Assembly: GCA_964016885.1 (NCBI GenBank)
Contig: OZ024742.1
Coordinates: 357,244,001-357,308,000, forward strand
Reading direction: 5' to 3'
Source: Eledone cirrhosa
Lineage: Eukaryota
DNA: 64,000 nucleotides
Of the stretch, positions 26,501-39,820 are shown piece by piece (positions within the stretch are counted from its first letter, which is position 1; every line of letters starts with the position of its first letter). Below the pieces are notes generated by a model. That model did not search any database. It was given only the letters and a program-made list of their open reading frames with translations, and was not told the DNA's origin. A program made the position numbers and the translations under genes.

Positions 26501-28341
26501 TAGGACACCATGCTAGGGTGGTGGATTGGTAGTATTGGTAGAGGGTAGGACACCATGCTAGGGTGGTGGATTGGTAGTGTTGGTAGAGGGTAGTACACCA
26601 TGCTAGGGTGGTGGATTGGTAGTATTGGTAGAGGGTCGGACACCATGCTAGGGTGGTGGATTGGTAGTATTGGTAGAGGGTAGGACACCATGCTAGGGTG
26701 GTGGATTGGTAGTATTGGTAGAGGGTAGGGCACCATGCTAGGGTGGTGGATTGGTAGTATTGGTTGAGGGTCGGCCACCATGTTAGGGTGATGGATTGGC
26801 AGTATTGGTAGAGGGTAGGACACCATGCTAGGGTGGTGGATTGGTAGTATTGGTAGAGGGTAGGACACCATGTTAGGGTGGTGGATTGGCAGTATTGGTA
26901 GAGGGTAGGACACCATGCTAGGGTGGTGGATTGCTAGTATTGGTAGAGGGTCGGCCACCATGTTTGGGTCGTGGAATGGCAGTATTGGTAGAGGGTAGGA
27001 CACCATGCTAGGGTGGTGGATTGGTAGTATTGGTAGAGTGTCGGCCACCATGTTTGGGTGGTGGTATGGCAGTATTGGTAGAGGGTAGGACACCATACTA
27101 GGGTGGTGGATTGGTAGTGTCGGTAGAGAGTAGGACACCATGCTAGGGTGGTGGATTGGCAGTATTGGTAGAGAGTAGGACACCATGCTAGGGTGGTGGA
27201 TTGGTAGTATTGGTAGAGAGTAGGACACCATGTTAGGGTGGTGGATTGGTAGTATTCGTAGAGAGTAGGACACCATGTTAGGGTGGTGGATTGGTAGTAA
27301 TGGAAGAGGGTAGGACACCATGCTAGGTTGGTGGATTGGCAGTATTAGTAGAGAGTAGGACACCATGCTAGGGTGGTGGATTGGCAGTATTGGTAGAGGG
27401 TCGGACACCATGCTAGGGTGGTGGTTTGGTAGTATTGGTAGAGAGTAGGACACCATGCTAGGGTGGTGGATTGGCAGTATTGGTAGAGAGTAGGACACCA
27501 TGCTAGGGTGGTGGATTGGCAGTATTGGTAGAGGGTCGGACACCGTGCTAGGGTGGTGGATTGGCAGTATTGGTAGAGAGTAGGACACCATGCTAGGGTG
27601 GTGGATTGGCAGTATTCTTAGAGAGTAGGACACCATGCTAGGGTGGTGGATTGGCAGTATTGGTAGAGAGTAGGACACCATGCTAGGGTGGTGGATTGGT
27701 AGTATTGGTAGAGGGTAGGACACCATGCTAGGGTGGTGGATTGGTAGTATTGGTAGAGGGTAGGACACCATGCTAGGGTGGTGGATTGGCAGTGCCGGTA
27801 GAGGGTAGGACACCATGCTAGGTTGGCGGATTGGCAGTATTGGTAGAGGGTAGGACACCATGCTAGCGTGGTGGATTGGTAGTGTCGGTAGAGGGTCGGC
27901 CACCATGCTAGGGTTGTGGATTGGTAATATTGGTAGAGGGTAGGACACCATGCTAGGGTGGTGGATTGGTAGTATTGGTAGAGGGTCGGTGACCATGTTA
28001 GGGTGGTGGATTGGCAGGATTGGTAGAGGGTAGGAATCCATGCTAGGGTGGTGGATTGGTAGTATTGGTAGAGGGTAGGACACCATGCTAGATTGGTGGA
28101 TTGGTAGTATTGGTAGAGAGTAGGACACCATGTTAGGGTGGTGGATTGGTAGTATTGGTAGAGGGTCGGACACCATGCTAGTGTGGTGGTTTGGTAGTGT
28201 CGGTATCGGGTAGGACACCATGCTAGGGTGGTGGATTGGCAGTATTCGTAGAGAGTAGGACACCATGCTAGTGTGGTGGATTGGTAGTATTGGTAGAGAG
28301 TAGGACACCATGCTAGTGTGGTGGATTGGTAGTATTGGTAG
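20510..28341 (+). repeat. Higher-order tandem duplication, period 3916 bp (87 monomers + 1 bp)
   Basis: Markers cactttgc, ctgtcaccaagttagtg, gtcttggcagtggcgg (21391/25307), the gattgggc insertion (~21621/25537), cggtatcggg (22215/26131) and cttagag (23701/27617) recur at +3916. The + strand ORFs at 21288 and 25204 are identical. Confidence 0.92.
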
Positions 28342-30139
28342 AGAGTAGGACACCATGCTAGGGTGGTGGATTGGTAGTATTGGTATTGGGTAGGACACCA
28401 TGCTAGGGTGGTGGATTGGTAGTATTGGTAGAGGGTCGGGCACCATGCTAGGGTGGTGGATTGGTAGTATTGGTAGAGGGTAGGACACCATCCTAGGGTG
28501 GTGGATTGGCAGTTTTAGTAGAGGGTTGGACACCATGCTAGGGTGGTGGATTGGTAGTATTGGTAGAGGGTAGGACACCATGCTAGGGTGGTGGATTGGT
28601 AGTATTGGTAGAGGGTAGGACACCATGCTAGGGTGGTGGATTGGTAGTGTTGGTAGAGGGTAGTACACCATGCTAGGGTGGTTGATTGGTAGTATTGGTA
28701 GAGGGTCGGACACCATGCTAGGGTGGTGGATTGGTAGTATTGGTAGAGGGTAGGACACCATGCTAGGGTGGTGGATTGGTAGTATTGGTAGAGGGTAGGG
28801 CACCATGCTAGGGTGGTGGATTGGTAGTATTGGTTGAGGGTCGGCCACCATGTTAGGGTGATGGATTGGCAGTATTGGTAGAGGGTAGGACACCATGCTA
28901 GGGTGGTGGATTGGTAGTATTGGTAGAGGGTAGGACACCATGTTAGGGTGGTGGATTGGCAGTATTGGTAGAGGGTAGGACACCATGCTAGGGTGGTGGA
29001 TTGCTAGTATTGGTAGAGGGTCGGCCACCATGTTTGGGTCGTGGAATGGCAGTATTGGTAGAGGGTAGGACACCATGCTAGGGTGGTGGATTGGCAGTAT
29101 TGGTAGAGGGTAGGACACCATGCTAGGGTGGTGGATTGGTAGTATTGGTAGAGTGTCGGCCACCATGTTTGGGTGGTGGAATGGCAGTATTGGTAGAGGG
29201 TAGGACACCATACTAGGGTGGTGGATTGGTAGTGTCGGTAGAGAGTAGGACACCATGCTAGGGTGGTGGATTGGCAGTATTGGTAGAGAGTAGGACACCA
29301 TGCTAGGGTGGTGGATTGGTAGTATTGGTAGAGAGTAGGACACCATGTTAGGGTGGTGGATTGGTAGTATTCGTAGAGAGTAGGACACCATGTTAGGGTG
29401 GTGGATTGGTAGTAATGGAAGAGGGTAGGACACCATGCTAGGTTGGTGGATTGGCAGTATTAGTAGAGAGTAGGACACCATGCTAGGGTGGTGGATTGGC
29501 AGTATTGGTAGAGGGTCGGACACCATGCTAGGGTGGTGGATTGGTAGTATTGGTAGAGAGTAGGACACCATGCTAGGGTGGTGGATTGGAAGTATTGGTA
29601 GAGGGCCTGACACCATGCTAGGGTGGTGGATTGGTAGTATTGGTAGAGAGTAGGACACCATGCTAGGGTGGTGGATTGGCAGTATTGGTAGAGAGTAGGA
29701 CACCATGCTAGGGTGGTGGATTGGCAGTATTGGTAGAGGGTCGGACACCGTGCTAGGGTGGTGGATTGGCAGTATTGGTAGAGAGTAGGACACCATGCTA
29801 GGGTGGTGGATTGGCAGTATTCTTAGAGAGTAGGACACCATGCTAGGGTGGTGGATTGGCAGTATTGGTAGAGAGTAGGACACCATGCTAGGGTGGTGGA
29901 TTGGTAGTATTGGTAGAGGGTAGGACACCATGCTAGGGTGGTGGATTGGCAGTACTGGTAGAGGGTTGCAAACCATGCTAGGGTGGTGGATTGGTAGGAT
30001 TGGTAGAGGGTAGGGCACCATGCTAGGCTGTTGGATTGGTAGCATTGGTAGAGGGTAGGACACCATGCTAGGGTGGTGGTTTGGCAGTGTTGGTAGAGGG
30101 TCGGACACCATGCTAGGGTGGTGGATGGCAGTGTTGGTA

Positions 30140-33100
30140 GAGGGTCGGACACCATGCTAGGGTGGTCGATTTGTAGTATTGGTAGAGGGTAGGACACCAT
30201 GCTAGATTGGTGGATTGGTAGTATTGGTAGAGAGTAGGACACCATGTTAGGGTGGTGGATTGGTAGTATTGGTAGAGGGTCGGACACCATGCTAGGGTGG
30301 TGGATTGGTAGTGTCGGTAGAGGGTAGGACACCATGCTAGGGTGGTGGATTGGCAGTATTCGTAGAGAGTAGGACACCATGCTAGTGTGGTGGATTGGTA
30401 GTATTGGTAGAGAGTAGGACACCATGCTAGGGTGGTGAATTGGTAGTATTGGTAGAGGGTAGGACACCTTGCTAGGGTGGTGGATTGGTAGTATTGGTAG
30501 AGGGCAGGACACCATGCTAGGGTGGTGGATTGGTAGTATTGGTAGAGGGTCGGCCAACATGCTAGGGTGGTGGATTGGTAGTGTCGGTAGAGGGTAGGAC
30601 ACCATGCTAGGGTGGTGGATTGGCAGTTTTGGTAGAGAGTAGGACACCATGCTAGGGTGGTGGATTGGTAGTATTGGTAGAGGGTAGGACACCATGCTAG
30701 GGTGGTGGATTTGTAGTATTGGTAGAGGGTAGGACACCATGATAGGGTGGTGGATTGGAAGTATTGGTAGAGGGTCGGCCACCATGTTTGGGTGCTGGAA
30801 TGGCAGTATTGGTAGAGGGTCTGTCACCAAGTTAGTGTGGTGGATTGTCGGTATTGGTAGATGGTAGGCCACCATGCTAGGGTGGTGAATTGGTAGTATT
30901 GGTAGAGGGTATGACACCATGCTAGGGTGGTGGATTGGTAGTATTGGTAGACGGTAGGACACCATGCTAGGGTGGTGGATTGGTAGTATTGGTAGAGGGT
31001 CGGACACCATGCTAGGGTGGTGGATTGGTAGTGTCGGTAGAGGGTAGGACACCATGCTAGGGTGGTGGATTGGCAGTTTTGGTAGAGAGTAGGACACCAT
31101 GCTAGGGTGGTGGATTGGTAGTATTGGTAGAGGGTAGGACACCATGCTAGGGTGGTGGATTGGTAGTATTGGTAGAGAGTAGGATACCATGCTAGGGTGG
31201 TGGATTGGTAGTGTCGGTAGAGCGTAGAACACCATGCTAGGGTGGTAGATTGGCATTATTGGTAGAGAGTAGGATACCATGCTAGCGTGGTGGATTGGTA
31301 GTGTCGGTAGAGAGTAGGACTCCATGCTAGGGGGGTGGATTGGCAGCATTGGTAGAGAGTAGGACACCATGCTAGGGTGGTGGATTGGCAGTATTGGTAG
31401 AGAGTAGGACACCATGCTAGGGTGGTGGATTGGTAGTATTGGTAGAGGGTAGGACACCATGCTAGGGTGGTGGATTGGCAGTATTGGTAGAGGGTCTGAC
31501 ACCATGCTAGGGTGGTGGTTTGGTAGTATTGGTAGAGGGTCGGACACCATGCTAGCGTGGTGTCTTGGCAGTGGCGGTAGAGGGTCGGACACCATGCTAG
31601 GGTGGTGGTTTGGTAGTATTGGTAGAGGGTATGACGCCATGCTAGGGTGGTGGATTGGTAGTATTGGTAGAGGGTAGGACACCATGTTAGGGTGGTGGAT
31701 TGGTAGTATTGGTAGAGGGTCGGACACCATGCTAGGGTGGTGGATTGGTAGTGTCGGTAGAGGGTAGAACACCATGCTAGGGTGGTAGATTGGGCAGTAT
31801 TGCTAGAGAGTAGGACACCATGCTAGCGTGGTGGATTGGTAGTGTCGGTAGAGAGTAGGACACCATGCTAGCATGGTGGATTGGCAGTATTGGTAGAGAG
31901 TAGCACACCATGCTAGGGTGGTGGATTGGTAGTATTGGTAGAGGGTAGGACACCATGCTAGGGTGGTGGATTGGCAGTGCCGGTAGAGGGTAGGACACCA
32001 TGCTAGGTTGGCGGATTGGCAGTATTGTAGAGGGTAGGACACCATGCTAGCGTGGTGGATTGGTAGTGTCGGTAGAGGGTCGGCCACCATGCTAGGGTTG
32101 TGGATTGGTAATATTGGTAGAGGGTAGGACACCATGCTAGGGTGGTGGATTGGTAGTATTGGTAGAGGGTCGGTGACCATGTTAGGGTGGTGGATTGGCA
32201 GGATTGGTAGAGGGTAGGAATCCATGCTAGGGTGGTGGATTGGTAGTATTGGTAGAGGGTAGGACACCATGCTAGATTGGTGGATTGGTAGTATTGGTAG
32301 AGAGTAGGACACCATGTTAGGGTGGTGGATTGGTAGTATTGGTAGAGGGTCGGACACCATGCTAGGGTGGTGGTTTGGTAGTGTCGGTATCGGGTAGGAC
32401 ACCATGCTAGGGTAGTGGATTGGCAGTATTCGTAGAGAGTAGGACACCATGCTAGTGTGGTGGATTGGTAGTATTGGTAGAGAGTAGGACACCATGCTAG
32501 TGTGGTGGATTGGTAGTATTGGTAGAGAGTAGGACACCATGCTAGGGTAGTGGATTGGTAGTATTGGTATTGGGTAGGACACCATGCTAGGGTGGTGGAT
32601 TGGTAGTATTGGTAGAGGGTCGGGCACCATGCTAGGGTGGTGGATTGGTAGTATTGGTAGAGGGTAGGACACCATCCTAGGGTGGTGGATTGGCAGTTTT
32701 GGTAGAGGGTTGGACACCATGCTAGGGTGGTGGATTGGTAGTATTGGTAGAGGGTAGGACACCATGCTAGGGTGGTGGATTGGTAGTATTGGTAGAGGGT
32801 AGGACACCATGCTAGGGTGGTGGATTGGTAGTGTTGGTAGAGGGTAGTACACCATGCTAGGGTGGTGGATTGGTAGTATTGGTAGAGGGTCGGACACCAT
32901 GCTAGGGTGGTGGATTGGTAGTATTGGTAGAGGGTAGGACACCATGCTAGGGTGGTGGATTGGTAGTATTGGTAGAGGGTAGGGCACCATGCTAGGGTGG
33001 TGGATTGGTAGTATTGGTTGAGGGTCGGCCACCATGTTAGGGTGATGGATTGGCAGTATTGGTAGAGGGTAGGACACCATGCTAGGGTGGTGGATTGGTA

Positions 33101-36100
33101 GTATTGGTAGAGGGTAGGACACCATGTTAGGGTGGTGGATTGGCAGTATTGGTAGAGGGTAGGACACCATGCTAGGGTGGTGGATTGCTAGTATTGGTAG
33201 AGGGTCGGCCACCATGTTTGGGTCGTGGAATGGCAGTATTGGTAGAGGGTAGGACACCATGCTAGGGTGGTGGATTGGCAGTATTGGTAGAGGGTAGGAC
33301 ACCATGCTAGGGTGGTGGATTGGTAGTATTGGTAGAGTGTCGGCCACCATGTTTGGGTGGTGGAATGGCAGTATTGGTAGAGGGTAGGACACCATACTAG
33401 GGTGGTGGATTGGTAGTGTCGGTAGAGAGTAGGACACCATGCTAGGGTGGTGGATTGGCAGTATTGGTAGAGAGTAGGACACCATGCTAGGGTGGTGGAT
33501 TGGTAGTATTGGTAGAGAGTAGGACACCATGTTAGGGTGGTGGATTGGTAGTATTCGTAGAGAGTAGGACACCATGTTAGGGTGGTGGATTGGTAGTAAT
33601 GGAAGAGGGTCGGACACCATGCTAGGGTGGTCGATTTGTAGTATTGGTAGAGGGTAGGACACCATGCTAGATTGGTGGATTGGTAGTATTGGTAGAGAGT
33701 AGGACACCATGTTAGGGTGGTGGATTGGTAGTATTGGTAGAGGGTCGGACACCATGCTAGGGTGGTGGATTGGTAGTGTCGGTAGAGGGTAGGACACCAT
33801 GCTAGGGTGGTGGATTGGCAGTATTCGTAGAGAGTAGGACACCATGCTAGTGTGGTGGATTGGTAGTATTGGTAGAGAGTAGGACACCATGCTAGGGTGG
33901 TGAATTGGTAGTATTGGTAGAGGGTAGGACACCTTGCTAGGGTGGTGGATTGGTAGTATTGGTAGAGGGCAGGACACCATGCTAGGGTGGTGGATTGGTA
34001 GTATTGGTAGAGGGTCGGCCAACATGCTAGGGTGGTGGATTGGTAGTGTCGGTAGAGGGTAGGACACCATGCTAGGGTGGTGGATTGGCAGTTTTGGTAG
34101 AGAGTAGGACACCATGCTAGGGTGGTGGATTGGTAGTATTGGTAGAGGGTAGGACACCATGCTAGGGTGGTGGATTTGTAGTATTGGTAGAGGGTAGGAC
34201 ACCATGATAGGGTGGTGGATTGGAAGTATTGGTAGAGGGTCGGCCACCATGTTTGGGTGCTGGAATGGCAGTATTGGTAGAGGGTCTGTCACCAAGTTAG
34301 TGTGGTGGATTGTCGGTATTGGTAGATGGTAGGCCACCATGCTAGGGTGGTGAATTGGTAGTATTGGTAGAGGGTATGACACCATGCTAGGGTGGTGGAT
34401 TGGTAGTATTGGTAGACGGTAGGACACCATGCTAGGGTGGTGGATTGGTAGTATTGGTAGAGGGTCGGACACCATGCTAGGGTGGTGGATTGGTAGTGTC
34501 GGTAGAGGGTAGGACACCATGCTAGGGTGGTGGATTGGCAGTTTTGGTAGAGAGTAGGACACCATGCTAGGGTGGTGGATTGGTAGTATTGGTAGAGGGT
34601 AGGACACCATGCTAGGGTGGTGGATTGGTAGTATTGGTAGAGAGTAGGATACCATGCTAGGGTGGTGGATTGGTAGTGTCGGTAGAGCGTAGAACACCAT
34701 GCTAGGGTGGTAGATTGGCATTATTGGTAGAGAGTAGGATACCATGCTAGCGTGGTGGATTGGTAGTGTCGGTAGAGAGTAGGACTCCATGCTAGGGGGG
34801 TGGATTGGCAGCATTGGTAGAGAGTAGGACACCATGCTAGGGTGGTGGATTGGCAGTATTGGTAGAGAGTAGGACACCATGCTAGGGTGGTGGATTGGTA
34901 GTATTGGTAGAGGGTAGGACACCATGCTAGGGTGGTGGATTGGCAGTATTGGTAGAGGGTCTGACACCATGCTAGGGTGGTGGTTTGGTAGTATTGGTAG
35001 AGGGTCGGACACCATGCTAGCGTGGTGTCTTGGCAGTGGCGGTAGAGGGTCGGACACCATGCTAGGGTGGTGGTTTGGTAGTATTGGTAGAGGGTATGAC
35101 GCCATGCTAGGGTGGTGGATTGGTAGTATTGGTAGAGGGTAGGACACCATGTTAGGGTGGTGGATTGGTAGTATTGGTAGAGGGTCGGACACCATGCTAG
35201 GGTGGTGGATTGGTAGTGTCGGTAGAGGGTAGAACACCATGCTAGGGTGGTAGATTGGGCAGTATTGCTAGAGAGTAGGACACCATGCTAGCGTGGTGGA
35301 TTGGTAGTGTCGGTAGAGAGTAGGACACCATGCTAGCATGGTGGATTGGCAGTATTGGTAGAGAGTAGCACACCATGCTAGGGTGGTGGATTGGTAGTAT
35401 TGGTAGAGGGTAGGACACCATGCTAGGGTGGTGGATTGGCAGTGCCGGTAGAGGGTAGGACACCATGCTAGGTTGGCGGATTGGCAGTATTGTAGAGGGT
35501 AGGACACCATGCTAGCGTGGTGGATTGGTAGTGTCGGTAGAGGGTCGGCCACCATGCTAGGGTTGTGGATTGGTAATATTGGTAGAGGGTAGGACACCAT
35601 GCTAGGGTGGTGGATTGGTAGTATTGGTAGAGGGTCGGTGACCATGTTAGGGTGGTGGATTGGCAGGATTGGTAGAGGGTAGGAATCCATGCTAGGGTGG
35701 TGGATTGGTAGTATTGGTAGAGGGTAGGACACCATGCTAGATTGGTGGATTGGTAGTATTGGTAGAGAGTAGGACACCATGTTAGGGTGGTGGATTGGTA
35801 GTATTGGTAGAGGGTCGGACACCATGCTAGGGTGGTGGTTTGGTAGTGTCGGTATCGGGTAGGACACCATGCTAGGGTAGTGGATTGGCAGTATTCGTAG
35901 AGAGTAGGACACCATGCTAGTGTGGTGGATTGGTAGTATTGGTAGAGAGTAGGACACCATGCTAGTGTGGTGGATTGGTAGTATTGGTAGAGAGTAGGAC
36001 ACCATGCTAGGGTAGTGGATTGGTAGTATTGGTATTGGGTAGGACACCATGCTAGGGTGGTGGATTGGTAGTATTGGTAGAGGGTCGGGCACCATGCTAG

Positions 36101-37070
36101 GGTGGTGGATTGGTAGTATTGGTAGAGGGTAGGACACCATCCTAGGGTGGTGGATTGGCAGTTTTGGTAGAGGGTTGGACACCATGCTAGGGTGGTGGAT
36201 TGGTAGTATTGGTAGAGGGTAGGACACCATGCTAGGGTGGTGGATTGGTAGTATTGGTAGAGGGTAGGACACCATGCTAGGGTGGTGGATTGGTAGTGTT
36301 GGTAGAGGGTAGTACACCATGCTAGGGTGGTGGATTGGTAGTATTGGTAGAGGGTCGGACACCATGCTAGGGTGGTGGATTGGTAGTATTGGTAGAGGGT
36401 AGGACACCATGCTAGGGTGGTGGATTGGTAGTATTGGTAGAGGGTAGGGCACCATGCTAGGGTGGTGGATTGGTAGTATTGGTTGAGGGTCGGCCACCAT
36501 GTTAGGGTGATGGATTGGCAGTATTGGTAGAGGGTAGGACACCATGCTAGGGTGGTGGATTGGTAGTATTGGTAGAGGGTAGGACACCATGTTAGGGTGG
36601 TGGATTGGCAGTATTGGTAGAGGGTAGGACACCATGCTAGGGTGGTGGATTGCTAGTATTGGTAGAGGGTCGGCCACCATGTTTGGGTCGTGGAATGGCA
36701 GTATTGGTAGAGGGTAGGACACCATGCTAGGGTGGTGGATTGGCAGTATTGGTAGAGGGTAGGACACCATGCTAGGGTGGTGGATTGGTAGTATTGGTAG
36801 AGTGTCGGCCACCATGTTTGGGTGGTGGAATGGCAGTATTGGTAGAGGGTAGGACACCATACTAGGGTGGTGGATTGGTAGTGTCGGTAGAGAGTAGGAC
36901 ACCATGCTAGGGTGGTGGATTGGCAGTATTGGTAGAGAGTAGGACACCATGCTAGGGTGGTGGATTGGTAGTATTGGTAGAGAGTAGGACACCATGTTAG
37001 GGTGGTGGATTGGTAGTATTCGTAGAGAGTAGGACACCATGTTAGGGTGGTGGATTGGTAGTAATGGAAG
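30140..37070 (+). repeat. Higher-order tandem duplication, period 3465 bp (77 monomers)
   Basis: tcgatttgtag (30166/33631), gctagggggg, the +1 gattgggc (~31792/35257), the -1 attgtag (~32027/35492), cggtatcggg (32385/35850) and gtaatggaag (33596/37061) recur at +3465. ORF pairs 31459/34924 and 31777/35242 are identical. Confidence 0.93.
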
Positions 37071-39820
37071 AGGGTAGGACACCATGCTAGGTTGGTGGAT
37101 TGGCAGTATTAGTAGAGAGTAGGACACCATGCTAGGGTGGTGGATTGGCAGTATTGGTAGAGGGTCGGACACCATGCTAGGGTGGTGGATTGGTAGTATT
37201 GGTAGAGAGTAGGACACCATGCTAGGGTGGTGGATTGGAAGTATTGGTAGAGGGCCTGACACCATGCTAGGGTGGTGGATTGGTAGTATTGGTAGAGAGT
37301 AGGACACCATGCTAGGGTGGTGGATTGGCAGTATTGGTAGAGAGTAGGACACCATGCTAGGGTGGTGGATTGGCAGTATTGGTAGAGGGTCGGACACCGT
37401 GCTAGGGTGGTGGATTGGCAGTATTGGTAGAGAGTAGGACACCATGCTAGGGTGGTGGATTGGCAGTATTCTTAGAGAGTAGGACACCATGCTAGGGTGG
37501 TGGATTGGCAGTATTGGTAGAGAGTAGGACACCATGCTAGGGTGGTGGATTGGTAGTATTGGTAGAGGGTAGGACACCATGCTAGGGTGGTGGATTGGTA
37601 GTATTGGTAGAGGGTAGGACACCATGCTAGGGTGGTGGATTGGCAGTGCCGGTAGAGGGTAGGACACCATGCTAGGTTGGCGGATTGGCAGTATTGGTAG
37701 AGGGTAGGACACCATGCTAGCGTGGTGGATTGGTAGTGTCGGTAGAGGGTCGGCCACCATGCTAGGGTTGTGGATTGGTAATATTGGTAGAGGGTAGGAC
37801 ACCATGCTAGGGTGGTGGATTGGTAGTATTGGTAGAGGGTCGGTGACCATGTTAGGGTGGTGGATTGGCAGGATTGGTAGAGGGTAGGAATCCATGCTAG
37901 GGTGGTGGATTGGTAGTATTGGTAGAGGGTAGGACACCATGCTAGATTGGTGGATTGGTAGTATTGGTAGAGAGTAGGACACCATGTTAGGGTGGTGGAT
38001 TGGTAGTATTGGTAGAGTGTAGGACACCATGTTAGGGTGGTGGATTGGTAGTATTGGTAGAGGGTCGGACACCATGCTAGGGTGGTGGTTTGGTAGTGTC
38101 GGTATCGGGTAGGACACCATGCTAGGGTGGTGGATTGGCAGTATTCGTAGAGAGTAGGACACCATGCTAGTGTGGTGGATTGGTAGTATTGGTAGAGAGT
38201 AGGACACCATGCTAGTGTGGTGGATTGGTAGTATTGGTAGAGAGTAGGACACCATGCTAGGGTGGTGGATTGGTAGTATTGGTATTGGGTAGGACACCAT
38301 GCTAGGGTGGTGGATTGGTAGTATTGGTAGAGGGTCGGGCACCATGCTAGGGTGGTGGATTGGTAGTATTGGTAGAGGGTAGGACACCATCCTAGGGTGG
38401 TGGATTGGCAGTTTTGGTAGAGGGTTGGACACCATGCTAGGGTGGTGGATTGGTAGTATTGGTAGAGGGTAGGACACCATGCTAGGGTGGTGGATTGGTA
38501 GTATTGGTAGAGGGTAGGACACCATGCTAGGGTGGTGGATTGGTAGTGTTGGTAGAGGGTAGTACACCATGCTAGGGTGGTGGATTGGTAGTATTGGTAG
38601 AGGGCCGGACACCATGCTAGGGTGGTGGATTGGTAGTATTGGTAGAGGGTAGGACACCATGCTAGGGTGGTGGATTGGTAGTATTGGTAGAGGGTAGGGC
38701 ACCATGCTAGGGTGGTGGATTGGTAGTATTGGTTGAGGGTCGGCCACCATGTTAGGGTGATGGATTGGCAGTATTGGTAGAGGGTAGGACACCATGCTAG
38801 GGTGGTGGATTGGTAGTATTGGTAGAGGGTAGGACACCATGTTAGGGTGGTGGATTGGCAGTATTGGTAGAGGGTAGGACACCATGCTAGGGTGGTGGAT
38901 TGCTAGTATTGGTAGAGGGTCGGCCACCATGTTTGGGTCGTGGAATGGCAGTATTGGTAGAGGGTAGGACACCATGCTAGGGTGGTGGATTGGCAGTATT
39001 GGTAGAGGGTAGGACACCATGCTAGGGTGGTGGATTGGTAGTATTGGTAGAGTGTCGGCCACCATGTTTGGGTGGTGGAATGGCAGTATTGGTAGAGGGT
39101 AGGACACCATACTAGGGTGGTGGATTGGTAGTGTCGGTAGAGAGTAGGACACCATGCTAGGGTGGTGGATTGGCAGTATTGGTAGAGAGTAGGACACCAT
39201 GCTAGGGTGGTGGATTGGTAGTATTGGTAGAGAGTAGGACACCATGTTAGGGTGGTGGATTGGTAGTATTCGTAGAGAGTAGGACACCATGTTAGGGTGG
39301 TGGATTGGTAGTAATGGAAGAGGGTAGGACACCATGCTAGGTTGGTGGATTGGCAGTATTAGTAGAGAGTAGGACACCATGCTAGGGTGGTGGATTGGCA
39401 GTATTGGTAGAGGGTCGGACACCATGCTAGGGTGGTGGATTGGTAGTATTGGTAGAGAGTAGGACACCATGCTAGGGTGGTGGATTGGAAGTATTGGTAG
39501 AGGGCCTGACACCATGCTAGGGTGGTGGATTGGTAGTATTGGTAGAGAGTAGGACACCATGCTAGGGTGGTGGATTGGCAGTATTGGTAGAGAGTAGGAC
39601 ACCATGCTAGGGTGGTGGATTGGCAGTATTGGTAGAGGGTCGGACACCGTGCTAGGGTGGTGGATTGGCAGTATTGGTAGAGAGTAGGACACCATGCTAG
39701 GGTGGTGGATTGGCAGTATTCTTAGAGAGTAGGACACCATGCTAGGGTGGTGGATTGGCAGTATTGGTAGAGAGTAGGACACCATGCTAGGGTGGTGGAT
39801 TGGTAGTATTGGTAGAGGGT
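35440..39820 (+). repeat. Higher-order repeat of 2250 bp (50 monomers), related to the 2070-bp (46-mer) and 2205-bp (49-mer) spacings at 21.8-29.9 kb
   Basis: cggtatcggg at 35850/38100 (+2250), 22215/24285 and 26131/28201 (+2070). cttagag at 37471/39721 (+2250) and 27617/29822 (+2205). Confidence 0.88.
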